A DNA stretch of 64,000 nt from Pecten maximus (taxonomy: Eukaryota), in NCBI RefSeq assembly GCF_902652985.1, contig NC_047018.1:3720001-3784000 (forward strand), in the 5' to 3' direction. The translations under genes and the position numbers were made by a program. This document shows positions 52,801-64,000 of the stretch, one piece after another. Under the pieces are notes generated by a model, which saw only the letters and a program-made list of their open reading frames with translations, made no database searches and was not told where the DNA came from. Numbering within the stretch: position 1 is the stretch's first letter; every line of letters starts with the position of its first letter.

Positions 52801-55800
52801 AAAATGATACCAAACTTTATGTTTATATTATTTTAATAGTATTAAGGTGATGTTAGTACATTACACACCAACTATTGATTGGTCGATCTAAATTAATGGC
52901 CACCATGTCATTTGTCTTCACAGCACCAAAATGGGCCTCCTGGACGTTGGGTGTATTCATTTGTTTACATTGCTCTGGGATTCATCGAAACATCCTGGGC
53001 CACACCAGCAAATTAAAGTCCCTAACTCTCGATTTCTGGACAACAGCAGAAGTTGATGTAAGTAGAAAGTTTTCGTTTGTTTATTTGTTAATGTGAAGTA
53101 AAACTCATCCTTAACACCACTGACGAGCCATCAGTTAGCTGTCTGTTACAAACTGTATACTGTTGTTTTCACCAGTGTGTACAATCATGTAACAAATGCG
53201 ACAAGTACACTGTACTAAATACAAACACAGTATATTGATATTACTGTAACTATGGCAACAGGTATACTGTACTAAATACAAACACAGTATATTGATATTA
53301 CTGTAACTATGGCAACAAGTATACTGTACTAAATACAAACACAGTATATTGATATTACTGTAACTATTGCAACAAGTATACTGTACTACATACAAACACA
53401 GTATATTGATATTACTGTAACTATGGCAACAAGTATACTGTACTACATACAAACACAGATATCATATTGATAATACTGTAACTACGGCGACAGGTATTAT
53501 GCACTAAATACAAACTCACACAGATACTAGTAATTCGACTGACATGATAATTACGCATTTGATATGTTGTAGAACATGGAGGAGATTGGAAACATCAAGG
53601 CAAACAAATTGTACGAGGCTTCACTTCCCAAGGATTTTCAACGACCACAACAAAATAAGTATCCTGTTTAGATATCAGTTTGACTAGCTTATTTAGGTAT
53701 ATACCTGTCATGTTTTAGATATCAATATGACGAGCTTATTTAGGTATATACCTGTCATGTTTTAGATATCAATATGACTAGCTTATTTAGGTATATACCT
53801 GTCATGTTTTAGATACCAGTATGACGAGCTTATTTAGGTATATACCGGGCCTGTTTTAGATATCAATATGACGAGCTTATTTAGGTATATACCGGGCCTG
53901 TTTTAGATATCAGTATGACTAGTTTATTTAGGTATATACCGGGCCTGTTTTAAATATCAGTATGACTAGCTTATTTAGGTATATACCGGGCCTGTTTTAA
54001 ATATCAGTATGACTAGCTTATTTAGGCATATACCGGGCCTGTTTTAGTTATCAATATGACTGGCTTATTTAGGTATATACGGGCCTGTTTTAGTTGTCAA
54101 TATGACTAGCTTATTTAGGTATATACCGGGCCTGTTTTAAATATCAATATGACAAGCTTATTTAGGTATATACCGGGCCTGTTTTAAATATCAACATGAC
54201 TAGCTTATTTAGGTATATACCTGTCATGTTTTAGATATCAATATGACTAGCTTATTTAGGTACATTTTGTATATACCTGTCATGTTTAGATACAAGTATG
54301 ACAAGCTTATTTAGGTATATACCGGGCGTGTTTTAGATACCAGTATAACTAGCTTATTTAGGTATATACCGGGCCTGTTTTAGATATCAGTATGACTAGC
54401 TTATTTAGGTATATACCGGGCCTGTTTTAGATACCAGTATGGCTAGCTTATTTAGGTATATACCGGGCCTGTTTTAGATACCAGTATGGCTAGCTTATTT
54501 AGGTATATACCTGTCATGCTTTAAATATCAACATGGCTAGCTATATAGATCTATAGTTTATATTAAATATTTTAGATCAAATACTTTGCATACAAATCAA
54601 AATGTATGAATGATGTGTGAATGTTTATGTTTGAGTTACCTCCCTTAAATGTTAGTTATACATATATATTTTTTTCATTTCATAGTAAATGTATATATCT
54701 AATTTTATATTTATACGATCCACTTGCCACCTTAGGAGAAAATTCATATATGCTTGGCCTGTTATTTGATCCTTTTGACTAATACCATCAAATGTCAATA
54801 ACATTTGTTGAAATGAAAAGGGCTTTGAATAAGTTGTACAAATTGTGCCCAATCCTCTCGATCAGAAAATGCAATAAAATACGTTTAAGTCAAAATAAAA
54901 AAACTCCTTAACAAAATTCAAGCGCATTAATGATGGAATTTATAAGGAACAAGTACGAATTTAAGAAATACAAGTCTCCACCTGTATTATGGGAGACCAC
55001 TACCCCCATAGGTAACGAGGAGACCACTACCCCCACAGGTTACGAAGACAACACAAGTCGCCTCAACACAATACATGGAAAAGATATCGAAAATGATCCG
55101 AAAAAAGTGAGCGAAGAAGACATAAACAATGGTCCAAAAATAGTGAGCGAAGAAGAAACAGGATGTCTCTGTATGGTAAGTATGTATTTATCTACTTAGT
55201 ACTGTTGACAAACTGACTGGCGTATTCAAATTAATTCTAACAGGTTAGTACATTGAGGAGTTAACGTATCAGAAATACTTGTCTTAGAAAAATAAAGAAT
55301 ACAATTAACAGTCTTGATTTTATATAAAAAAAAAACTAAAATAACATTCATACTAAATAAATACGTTTAAAGTATTCCTGTGTCCGATCGCGGAAACAAC
55401 TGTCTTCACTCATGAAATTATAATGACAAAAAACGATGACAATGATTAGGTGCCCTCGCATCAGCCAGTATTCCATGAGGACGGTTGTCTAGAGTGACAC
55501 CAACAGTCAGGGTCATATGAGGACGGATGTTTAGAGGGACACCAACCGTCAGGGTCATATGAGGACGGGTGTTTAGAGGGACACCAACAGTCAGGGTCAA
55601 GTGAGGACGGGTGTTTAGAGGGACACCAACAGTCAGGGTCAAGTGAGGACGGGTGTTTAGAGGGAGACAACAGTCAGGGTCAAGTGAGGACGGGTGTTTA
55701 GAGGGACACCAACAGTCAGGGTCAAGTGAGGACGAGTGTCTAGAGGGAGACAACAGTCAGGGTTATATGAGGACGGGTGTGTAGGGGACACCAACAGTCA

Positions 55801-56780
55801 GTGTCAAGTGAGGACGGGTGTTTAGAGGGACACAGACAGTCAAGGTCATATGAGGACGGGTGTTTAGAGGGACACCAACAGTCAGTGTCAAATGAGGACG
55901 GGTGACTAGGGGGACACCAACTGCCAGGGTCAAATGAGGACGGGTGTTAAAAGGAACACCAACAGCCAGGGTCAAATGAGAATGGGTGTCCAGGGGACAC
56001 CAACAGTCAGGGTCATATGAGGACGGGTTTCTAGAGGGACACCAACAGTCAGGGTCATATGAGGACGGGTTTCTAGAGGGACACCAACAGTCAGGGTCAT
56101 ATGAGGACGGGTTTCTAGAGGGACACCAACAGTCAGGGTCATATGAGGACGGGTTTCTAGAGGGACATCAACAGTCAGGGTCATATGAGGACGGGTTTCT
56201 AGAGGGACACCAACAGTCAGGGTGATATGAGGACGGGTTTCTAGAGGGACACCAACAGTCAGGGTGATATGAGGACGGGTTTCTAGAGGGACACCAACAG
56301 TCAGGGTGATATGAGGACGGGTTTCTAGAGGGACACCAACAGTCAGGGTCATATGAGGACGGGTTTTTAGAGGGACACCAACAGTCAGGGTCATATGAGG
56401 ACGGGTTTCTAGAGGGACACCAACAGTCTGGGTCATATATAGGGATGGGTGTTAAGAGGGACGCCAACAGTCGAGGTCATATGGGGTTGGGTAAATAGAG
56501 ACAACGTATTAGTCTAAAAAAGATGTATAAAAATTATCATTCCGCTGTTTCGTCATGCTAGGTCTCTCGTGATACAAGTGATCAGAAATAAAAAGGTCCT
56601 AAAGGGAAGTCAGGAATTAAATAACGGACTACGGCGCTATAACCACAAGACTGGGCTCATTTGGTAAAGTTTGAACACCGGATGAACTGTCATTGGAAAT
56701 AATTTTATTATATAGTAGTATATTTTCATTCTGAATATTTACATATGTTGCAGAATTCGTGTTCTTGTAACGTCCTATAA
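49832..56780 (+). CDS. Short SMAP-like ArfGAP, about 203 aa, with predicted C-terminal CaaX (CNVL)
   Basis: Exons 49832-49943, 52924-53057, 53573-53658, 54923-55175, 56754-56780. Zinc finger CADC-x16-CLHC-SGIH-R (CX2CX16CX2CX4R), W.S..LGVFIC, KSLTLDFW, GN.KANKLYEA.LP..F.RP, FIRNKYE.KKY. The last exon (NSCSCNVL*) is the least certain part. Confidence 0.85.
49930..52245. repeat. 40-bp minisatellite, ~57 copies, in ArfGAP intron 1; the unit contains the 5' splice site
   Basis: Unit ttgtggtgcgatat|gtaagtgttgggtatggtacctaaca. Confidence 0.97.
53200..53520. repeat. 57-bp minisatellite in ArfGAP intron 2
   Basis: Unit acaagtatactgtactaaatacaaacacagtatattgatattactgtaactatggca, about 5 copies. Confidence 0.9.
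53665..54545. repeat. 47-bp minisatellite in ArfGAP intron 3
   Basis: Unit gatatcagtatgactagcttatttaggtatataccgggcctgtttta, about 18 copies. Confidence 0.95.
55475..56490. repeat. 42-bp minisatellite in ArfGAP intron 4
   Basis: Unit gagggacaccaacagtcagggtcatatgaggacgggtgttta, about 24 copies. Confidence 0.95.
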
Positions 56781-56895
56781 AAGCTGCCCGGACACACCAT
56801 GAAGACGAATATCTTTGGATCATTATCGGATCGGTTAATTACACAAAACTACGCTATACAGTGGCCTAGAAACAAAACGCAGACGAACAATCGAT

Positions 56896-59630
56896 CATTG
56901 AGGCGCGTGTTGTCATCTACATCAGGGACGTGTGTACGTCTACATTGAGGCGCGTGCTATCATCTACATTAGGGACGTGTGTAGTTTTACATTGAAGCGC
57001 GTGTTGTCATCTACATCAGGGACGTGTGTACGTCTACATTGAGGCGCGTGTTGTCATCTACGTCAGGGACCTGAGTACGTCTACATTGAGGCGTGTATTG
57101 TCATCTACATCAGGGACGTGTGTACGTCTACATTGAGGCGCGTGTTATCACCTACATCAGGGACGTGTGTACGTCTACATTGAGGCGAGTGTTGTCATCT
57201 ACATCAGGGACGTGTGTACGTCTACATTGAGGCGCGTGTTGTCATCTACATCAGGGACTTGAGTACGTTTACATTGAGGCGCGTTATCATCTACATCAGG
57301 GACGTGTGTGCGTCTACATTGAGGCGCGTGTTGTCATCTACATCAGAGACGTGTGTACGGCTACATTGAGGCGCGTGTTGTCATCTACATCAGGGACGTG
57401 TGAACGTCTACGTTGAGGCGCGTGTTGTCATCTACATCAGGGACGTGTGTACGTCTAGATTGAGGTGTGTGTTGTCATCTACATCAGAGACGTGTGTATG
57501 TCTACATTGAGGCGCGTGTTGTCACCTACATCAGGGACTTGAATACGTCTACATTGAGGCGCGCGTTATCATCTACATCAGGGACGTATGTACGTCTACA
57601 TTGAGGCGCGTGTTGTCATCTACATCAGAGACGTGTGTACGTCTACATTGAGGCGCGTGTTGTCATCTACATCAGGGACGTGTGTACGTCTACACTGAGG
57701 CGCGTGTTATCATCTACATCAGGAACGTGTGTACGACTACATTGAGGCGCGTGTTGTCATCTACATCAGAGACGTGTGTACGTCTACAATGAGGCGCGTG
57801 TTGTCATCTACATCAGGGACGTGTGTACGTCTAGATTGAGGCGTGTGTTGTCATCTACATCAGAGACGTGTGTATGTCTACATTGAGGCGCGTGTTGTCA
57901 TCTACATCAGGGATATGTGTACGTCAACAATGAGGCGCGTTATCATCTACATCAGGGACTTGTGTACGTCTAGATTGAGGCGTGTGTTGTCATCTATATC
58001 AGGGACGTGTGTACGTCTACATTGAGGCGCGTGTTATCATCTACATCAGGGAGTTGAGTACGTCTACATTGAGGCGCGTGTTATGATCTACATCAGGGAC
58101 GTGTGTACGTCTACATTGAGGCGCGTGTTATGATCTACATCAGGGACGTGTGTACGTCTTCATTGAGCACGCGTTGTCATCTACATCAGGGACGTGTGTA
58201 CGTCTACATTGAGGCTCGTGTTGTCATCTACATCAGGGACGTGTGTGCGTCTTCATTGATGTACTTGTTATTATCATCTATATCAGGGACGTGTGTACGT
58301 CTTCATTGAGGTACTTGTTATTATCATCTACATCAGGGACGTGTGTACGTCTTCATTGAGCACGTGTTGTCATCTACATCAGGGACGTGTGTACGTCTAC
58401 ATTGAGGCGCGTGTTGTCATCTATATCAGGGACGTGTGAACGTCTACATTGAGGCGTGTGTTATCATCTATATCAGGGACGTGTACGTCTACATTGAGGT
58501 ACTTGTTATTATCATCTACATCAGGGACGTGTGTACGTCTTCATTGAGCACGCGTTGTCATCTACATCAGGGACGTGTGTACGTCTACATTGAGGCGTGT
58601 GTTATCATCTATATCAGGGACGTGTACGTCTACATTGAGGTACTTGTTATTATCATCTACATCAGGGACGTGTGTACGTCTTCATTGAGCACGCGTTGTC
58701 ATCTACATCAGGGACGTGTGTACGTCTACATTGAGGCGCGTGTTGTCATCTATATCAGGGACGTGTGTCCGTCTACATTGAGGCGCGTGTTGTCATCTAC
58801 ATCAGGGACGTATGTACGTCTACATTAAGGCCCGTGTTGTCATCTACATCAGGGATATATGAACGTCTACATTGAGGCGTGTGTTGTCATCTACATCAGA
58901 GACGTGTGTACGTCAACATTGAGGCGCGTTATCATCTACATCAGGGACGTACGTCTACATTGAGGCGCGTGTTGTCATCTATATTAGGGACGTGTGTACA
59001 TTTACATTGAGGTGCGTGTTGTCATCTACATCAGGGAAATGTGTACGTCTACATTGAGGCGCGTGTTGTCATCTACATCAGGGACGTATGTACGTCTACA
59101 TTGAGGCGTGTGTTATCATCTACATCAGGGACGTGTATGTCTACATTGAGGCGCGTGTTGTCATCTACATCAGGGACGTGTGTACGTCTACATTGAGGCG
59201 CGTGTTGTCATCTACATCAGGGATGTGTGAACATCTACGTTGAGGCGCGTGTTGTCATCTTACATCAGGGACGTGTGTACGTCTACATTGAGGTGTTTTT
59301 TATTATCATCTACATCAGGGACGTGTGTACGTCTACATTGAGGCGCGTGTTGTCATCTATATCAGGGACGTGTGTATGTCTACATTGAGGCACGTGTTGT
59401 CATCTACATCAGGGACGTGTGTACGTCTACATTGAGGCGCGTGTTGTCATCTACATCAGGGACATGTGTATGCCTACAGTGAGGCGCGTGTTGTCATCTA
59501 CATCAGAGACGTGTGAACGTCTACATTGAGGCGCGTGTTGTCATCTACATCAGGGACATTTGTATGTCTACATTGAGGCGCGTGTTGTCATCTACATCAG
59601 GGACGTGTGAACGGCTACATTAAGCACGTG
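56896..59630. repeat. 47-bp minisatellite, ~58 copies
   Basis: Unit cattgaggcgcgtgttgtcatctacatcagggacgtgtgtacgtcta. Confidence 0.95.
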
Positions 59631-60174
59631 TTCATTCAGAGTGACGTGGTAGATAACATTGTGCAAAAGGAATATAACTTACATTGTGATTGAGTGTGTG
59701 TATCTGTGTAAGTGTGCAGGACTTTGTTTTAAACTTTTAACTTGCTTGGAGCGAGATGAGGAAAACCATAAGAATATTAAATTTTTTTTTAATTTACATA
59801 TTTAAATTCAGTTTGAAAACGTACAATTAAAAGATAATGTATTAAACTAGTTTTCGTTTTTCTTTATACATTTTGTATTTTGTGAATAGTTAATGAAACT
59901 CTTACTTGACTCACAGGGGCATGTCTAGTCTTATATTAAAACATATCCCAAACATCCGATCGCCATTGAAATTCTGACCTATTTTTTTCAAACTTATTTT
60001 TTCGTACAAAATCTTCACCTACCAACATAAATATACTACCGATCTCTTCAGAAAACTTCAATCTATCGGTTCATACATGTTTTACATATGTAATATTAAT
60101 CCAACTTTAATCATGACATGCGACATGATTTCAACCTTCCCAAAATTCCTTTACTTACAAACAGTGGATATTTA

Positions 60175-61232
60175 TATACTGTAGAAAGGTGACCTGAGGT
60201 GACCATATCTACATACAGTGGAGAGGTGACCCGAGGTGACCATATTTACATACAGTGGAGAGGTGACCTGAGGTGACCATATCTACATACAGTGGAGGTG
60301 ACCTGAGGTGACCATATCTACATACAGTGGAGAGGTGACCCGAGGTGACCATATTTACATACAGTGGAGAGGTGACCTGAGGTGACCATATCTACATACA
60401 GTGGAGAGGTGACCTAAGGTGACCATATTTACATACAGTGGAGAGGTGACCTGAGGTGGTCATATTTACATACAGTGGAGAGTTGATCTGAGGTGACCAT
60501 ATTTACATACAGTGGAGAGGTGACCTGAGGTGACCATATTTACATACAGTGGAGAGGTGACTGAAGGTAGCCATATTTACATACAGTGGAGAGGTGACCT
60601 AAGGTGACCATATCTACATACAGTGGAGAGGTGACCTGAGGTGGTCATATCTACATACAGTGGAGAGGTGACCTGAGGTGACCATATCTACATACAGTGG
60701 AGAGGTGACCTAAGGTGACCATATCTACATACAGTGGAGAGGTGACCTGAGGTGACCATATCTACATACAGTGGAGAGGTGACCTGAGGTGACCATATTT
60801 ACATACAGTGGAGCGGTGACCTGAGGTGACCATATCTACATATAGTGGAGAGGTGACCTGAGGTGGTCATATTTACATACAGTGGAGAGGTGACCTAAGG
60901 TGACCATATCTACATACAGTGGAGAGGTGACCTGAGGTGGTCATATTTACATACAGTGGAGAGGTGACCTAAGGTGACCATATCTACATACAGTGGAGAG
61001 GTGACCTGAGGTGACCATATCTACATACAGTGGAGAGGTGACCTAAGGTGACCATATTTACATACAGTGGAGAGGTGACCTGAGGTGGTCATATTTACAT
61101 ACAGTGGAGAGGTGACCTGAGGTGACCATATCTACATACAGTGGAGAAGTGACTTAGGTGACCATATTTACATATAGTCGAGTGGTGACCTGAGTTGACC
61201 ATGTCTACATTCAGTAGAAAGGTGACCTAAGG
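60175..61232. repeat. 37-bp minisatellite, ~28 copies
   Basis: Unit atacagtggagaggtgacctgaggtgaccatatctac. Confidence 0.95.
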
Positions 61233-61361
61233 ACATCAACAGGTCTATTGTTTACCGTACAGAATGTCATCACCAAATAGACTTCCTAGAAATAGTTTTA
61301 TTTAAATACATAAATATACACAAATGAAAACATACATAAACATTTAATAAATATTCAAATT

Positions 61362-62977
61362 TCATAAAATCTCATCAATCAATCCAAATTCTTTGGCTTC
61401 AAGTGGGGTCATATAGTTGTCTCTGTCCAAGGCTTGCTCTGAAATATTAACAATTTGACACTTAAATATCATCAATTCAGATATTCTGAGAACATCAATT
61501 ACTCAATACCTTTAGTAATCTGAATTTGTCATGACATTCTGAGTAGACTACGATGATAACTTAAATTTTGATATAAATTTAAATTTAAAGATAAATTCAT
61601 ACAGATTTTATCAGCAACAACAGATACTGCCTCTCAACTCAAATTAATTTCTGACATTATGATTTGATTAATCTACCTAGCAAAACCCCCTTAATGGCAA
61701 TTTCAATGTGACTGTGGCTGCATTTTTGGTATGTATACAATTAAGATCGCCAGGAACAAGCATTGGAAGATAGAATTTATACTGACTTGTTTCCCTGAAC
61801 AATCAAGGGGACATTAGATATATACAGACCTGTCTTTTTTAACAATCAAGGAGACATTAGATATATACAGACCTGTCTTTTTTAACAATCAAGGAGACAT
61901 TAGATATATATTGACCTGTTTCTTTGAACAAGCAAGGGGACATTAGATATATATTGACCTGTTTCTTTAGTAAACTTTAAAAAACCATACTTTTCCAGAT
62001 GAAGGGCAGTAATAGTTATTAACCTAGATATTAAAGAACAAAATAAAGATGGTACCTGATTTAGTGAAGTAAGACAATAACAACCTACCTATAACTGGTG
62101 GTGTCAGACCTGTGTGTTTAACATACAGATTTTATCAGTATGACAATAACCTACCTATAACCAATGGTGTCAGACCTGTGTGTTTAACATACAGATTTTA
62201 TCAGTATGACAATAACAACCTACCTATAACTGATGGTGTCAGACCTGTGTGTTTAACATACAGATTTTATCAGTATGACTATAACAACCTACCTATAACC
62301 AGTGGTGTCAGACCTGTGTGTTTAACATACAGATTTTATCAGTATGACAATAACAGCCTACCTATAACCAGTGGTGTCAGACCTGTGTGTTTAACATACA
62401 GATTCTGAATCAGCTCCTTCGTTCTCTTCATATTGGCAGCCATAATTTTGAGGTCTGTGACATAGCCCTAAACAAAGATGTAACACTGTTAATCACTTAA
62501 TTCACAACAATAACATATTTCACATGGAATTATGGTTCATAAGATTATCAACATGTGAAATTTGGTAATTGAGTCCAATGTCAAACAAAGGTCCTAGTTT
62601 TTAGATTTTAAGTAAGGGTTTCGGTTAGAGCTAACTTTTGCACCTACTTACGACATACCAAAAGTTAGAAGTGGGCTTATCCTAGGTACGTTACGGAGTG
62701 TCACCTCATGATAGAAATGAACAACAAACATGGTACTGTATTATATCAAGGTGAGAATTTCAGTCAAAATTTTACTGATGACACACCTGTAATCCTGATG
62801 TGAGCGGTTGGTGGACCATGATGGTGGAGTGTGGTGAGGCGTATCGCATGCCTTCTGTACCCGCAGTGAGAAGGAGGGAGCCCATGCTACAGGCTTCCCC
62901 TATACACAGTGTTGCTATGGGGTTGTTAATGTACTGCATGGTATCATAGATGGCAAGACCTGCAGATACCTTTCCAC
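61362..62977 (-). CDS. CLPP: ATP-dependent Clp protease proteolytic subunit, mitochondrial; last three exons (5' exons not found in the window)
   Basis: Exons 62787-62977 ([17 protein letters not shown]...[17 protein letters not shown]...IMVHQP), 62362-62467 (GYVTDL...LYVKHTG), 61362-61438 ([23 protein letters not shown]). Ser-His-Asp triad present. Confidence 0.93.
61797..61970. repeat. ~43-bp minisatellite, 4 copies, in the last ClpP intron
   Basis: Unit aacaatcaaggagacattagatatatacagacctgtctttttt. Confidence 0.85.
62073..62404. repeat. 69-bp repeat, 5 copies, derived from the ClpP exon end and donor site
   Basis: On the - strand each unit reads AATCTGTATGTTAAACACACAGGTCTGACACCA..GTTATAG|gtagg... 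Confidence 0.92.
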
Positions 62978-64000
62978 CTGGAGAATCAAAAGTCAGTATA
63001 TCTAGTTGTAGTAGTCCTATACAGTAAAAACATTATTGTATTCATCCATTCATTATTTAATGGAACAGCAATCTGATCATCATCCCAAGTTCAGTAAATA
63101 CATACAAAAAAAAAAAATCAAAGTACTGGAAGTACTGTAAACGAACATTATTGTTTAATGCAAAATCAGTAATCTTCTAAGTTTAAAGTTGATAAATTTA
63201 CTGATATCGGTTTAGGAATGAATTGCAAATAATTTGAAATGTTTGCAGCTGTTGTGATATGATTGTACACATGCATGTCTCTGTAAGGTCCTAATTGAAA
63301 TTGGAAGTTTGTTGATCTATCTTGGATGGATGAAAATAAAATATGTCTTCTTTCTTTCGGGAAGGCATCATCAGTTATAATACAGCCAGGACTCTGTGAC
63401 CTTATTGATGCCAACTTCTAATATGCACTAAATTTAGGCTAGTTCCATCGTTAGTTCAACTTAATATGATGAAACACACAAAGAATTACTGAAAACCAAA
63501 ACCAGAGCTGCTAATCAAATCCCGGATTAGGAATGTATCCTATTGAAACTGTACTAAAGCATGTATGGTACTTCAAAACAAAAAACTTGACTCCTTTTGT
63601 GCTGGAATCATTTGATGTTAATAAATCTTTATATGAGAAGATATACTTCTGGTATAAATTAGAGTATTGTAAACAATGTGATAACAACCAGATAAAGACT
63701 ATCTTCATCGAATAATTCAGCAAACAGGAAAAGAAAACTTCAAGCTTCATTTTCAACTTCAAACCTGATCACAAAGATTACAGTCCATTCGATGGGACGA
63801 CACATTCCCTATTTATTGTCCTTTTCCAATGCTAATCATCCAATCATACTGAACCACACAGTTCAGCAATGTAATTGCACAAATCACACCTTTATGTGTA
63901 GAGAACATTTTTGGGGGTGTTATAAGATTCCATAACTGTATGCAAATTTGTGAAGCATTCCATATCTATATCTATATATATACCGTATGTGTATATATCT

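Noticed and set aside
53113-53150. acaccaCTGACGAgcc...tagctgtc
   Set aside because: First half of the core only; no GAAA or stem II partner.
55418-58828. Repetitive ORFs (PDCWCPS, TLTVGVP, YIEARVV); also 53135-53452 and 62112-62408
   Set aside because: Products of 42, 47, 57 and 69-bp minisatellites, open in several frames by chance.
56896-59630. 47-bp repeat tested as a ribozyme (CTGATG on the - strand)
   Set aside because: Reads CUGAUGU rather than CUGANGA and has no GAAA box.
63166-63762. ORFs upstream of the ClpP exons
   Set aside because: No ClpP N-terminal motifs (DIYSRLL, YINSPG); treated as intron.

Overview
AT-rich, intron-rich animal genomic DNA, probably a bivalve mollusc judging from repeat and gene style (inference). 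Manual splicing recovers seven genes that the ORF track mostly misses: (1) a DDE integrase-core transposase (1868-3937, -) with an apparent signal-peptide-like N-terminus; (2) a 6-exon secreted protein (9122-12948, -) with an Ala/Ser/Gly linker, an ALF-like or HicB-like middle domain and a C-terminal ShKT domain; (3-5) three 4-exon paralogous secreted 8-Cys EMI-like preproproteins (13285-15269 +, 16390-18353 +, 41191-48565 -); (6) a short SMAP-like ArfGAP that appears to end in a CaaX motif (49832-56780 +); (7) the last three exons of mitochondrial ClpP (61362-62977 -). The strongest non-coding signal is a 49-bp tandem repeat at 18.6-25.5 kb whose monomer is a complete minimal type I hammerhead ribozyme. 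Several intronic minisatellites are amplified copies of the genes' own splice sites. The rest is MITEs, LINE and Gypsy fragments, and long minisatellites. All gene models were read by eye with GT-AG rules and have no transcript support.
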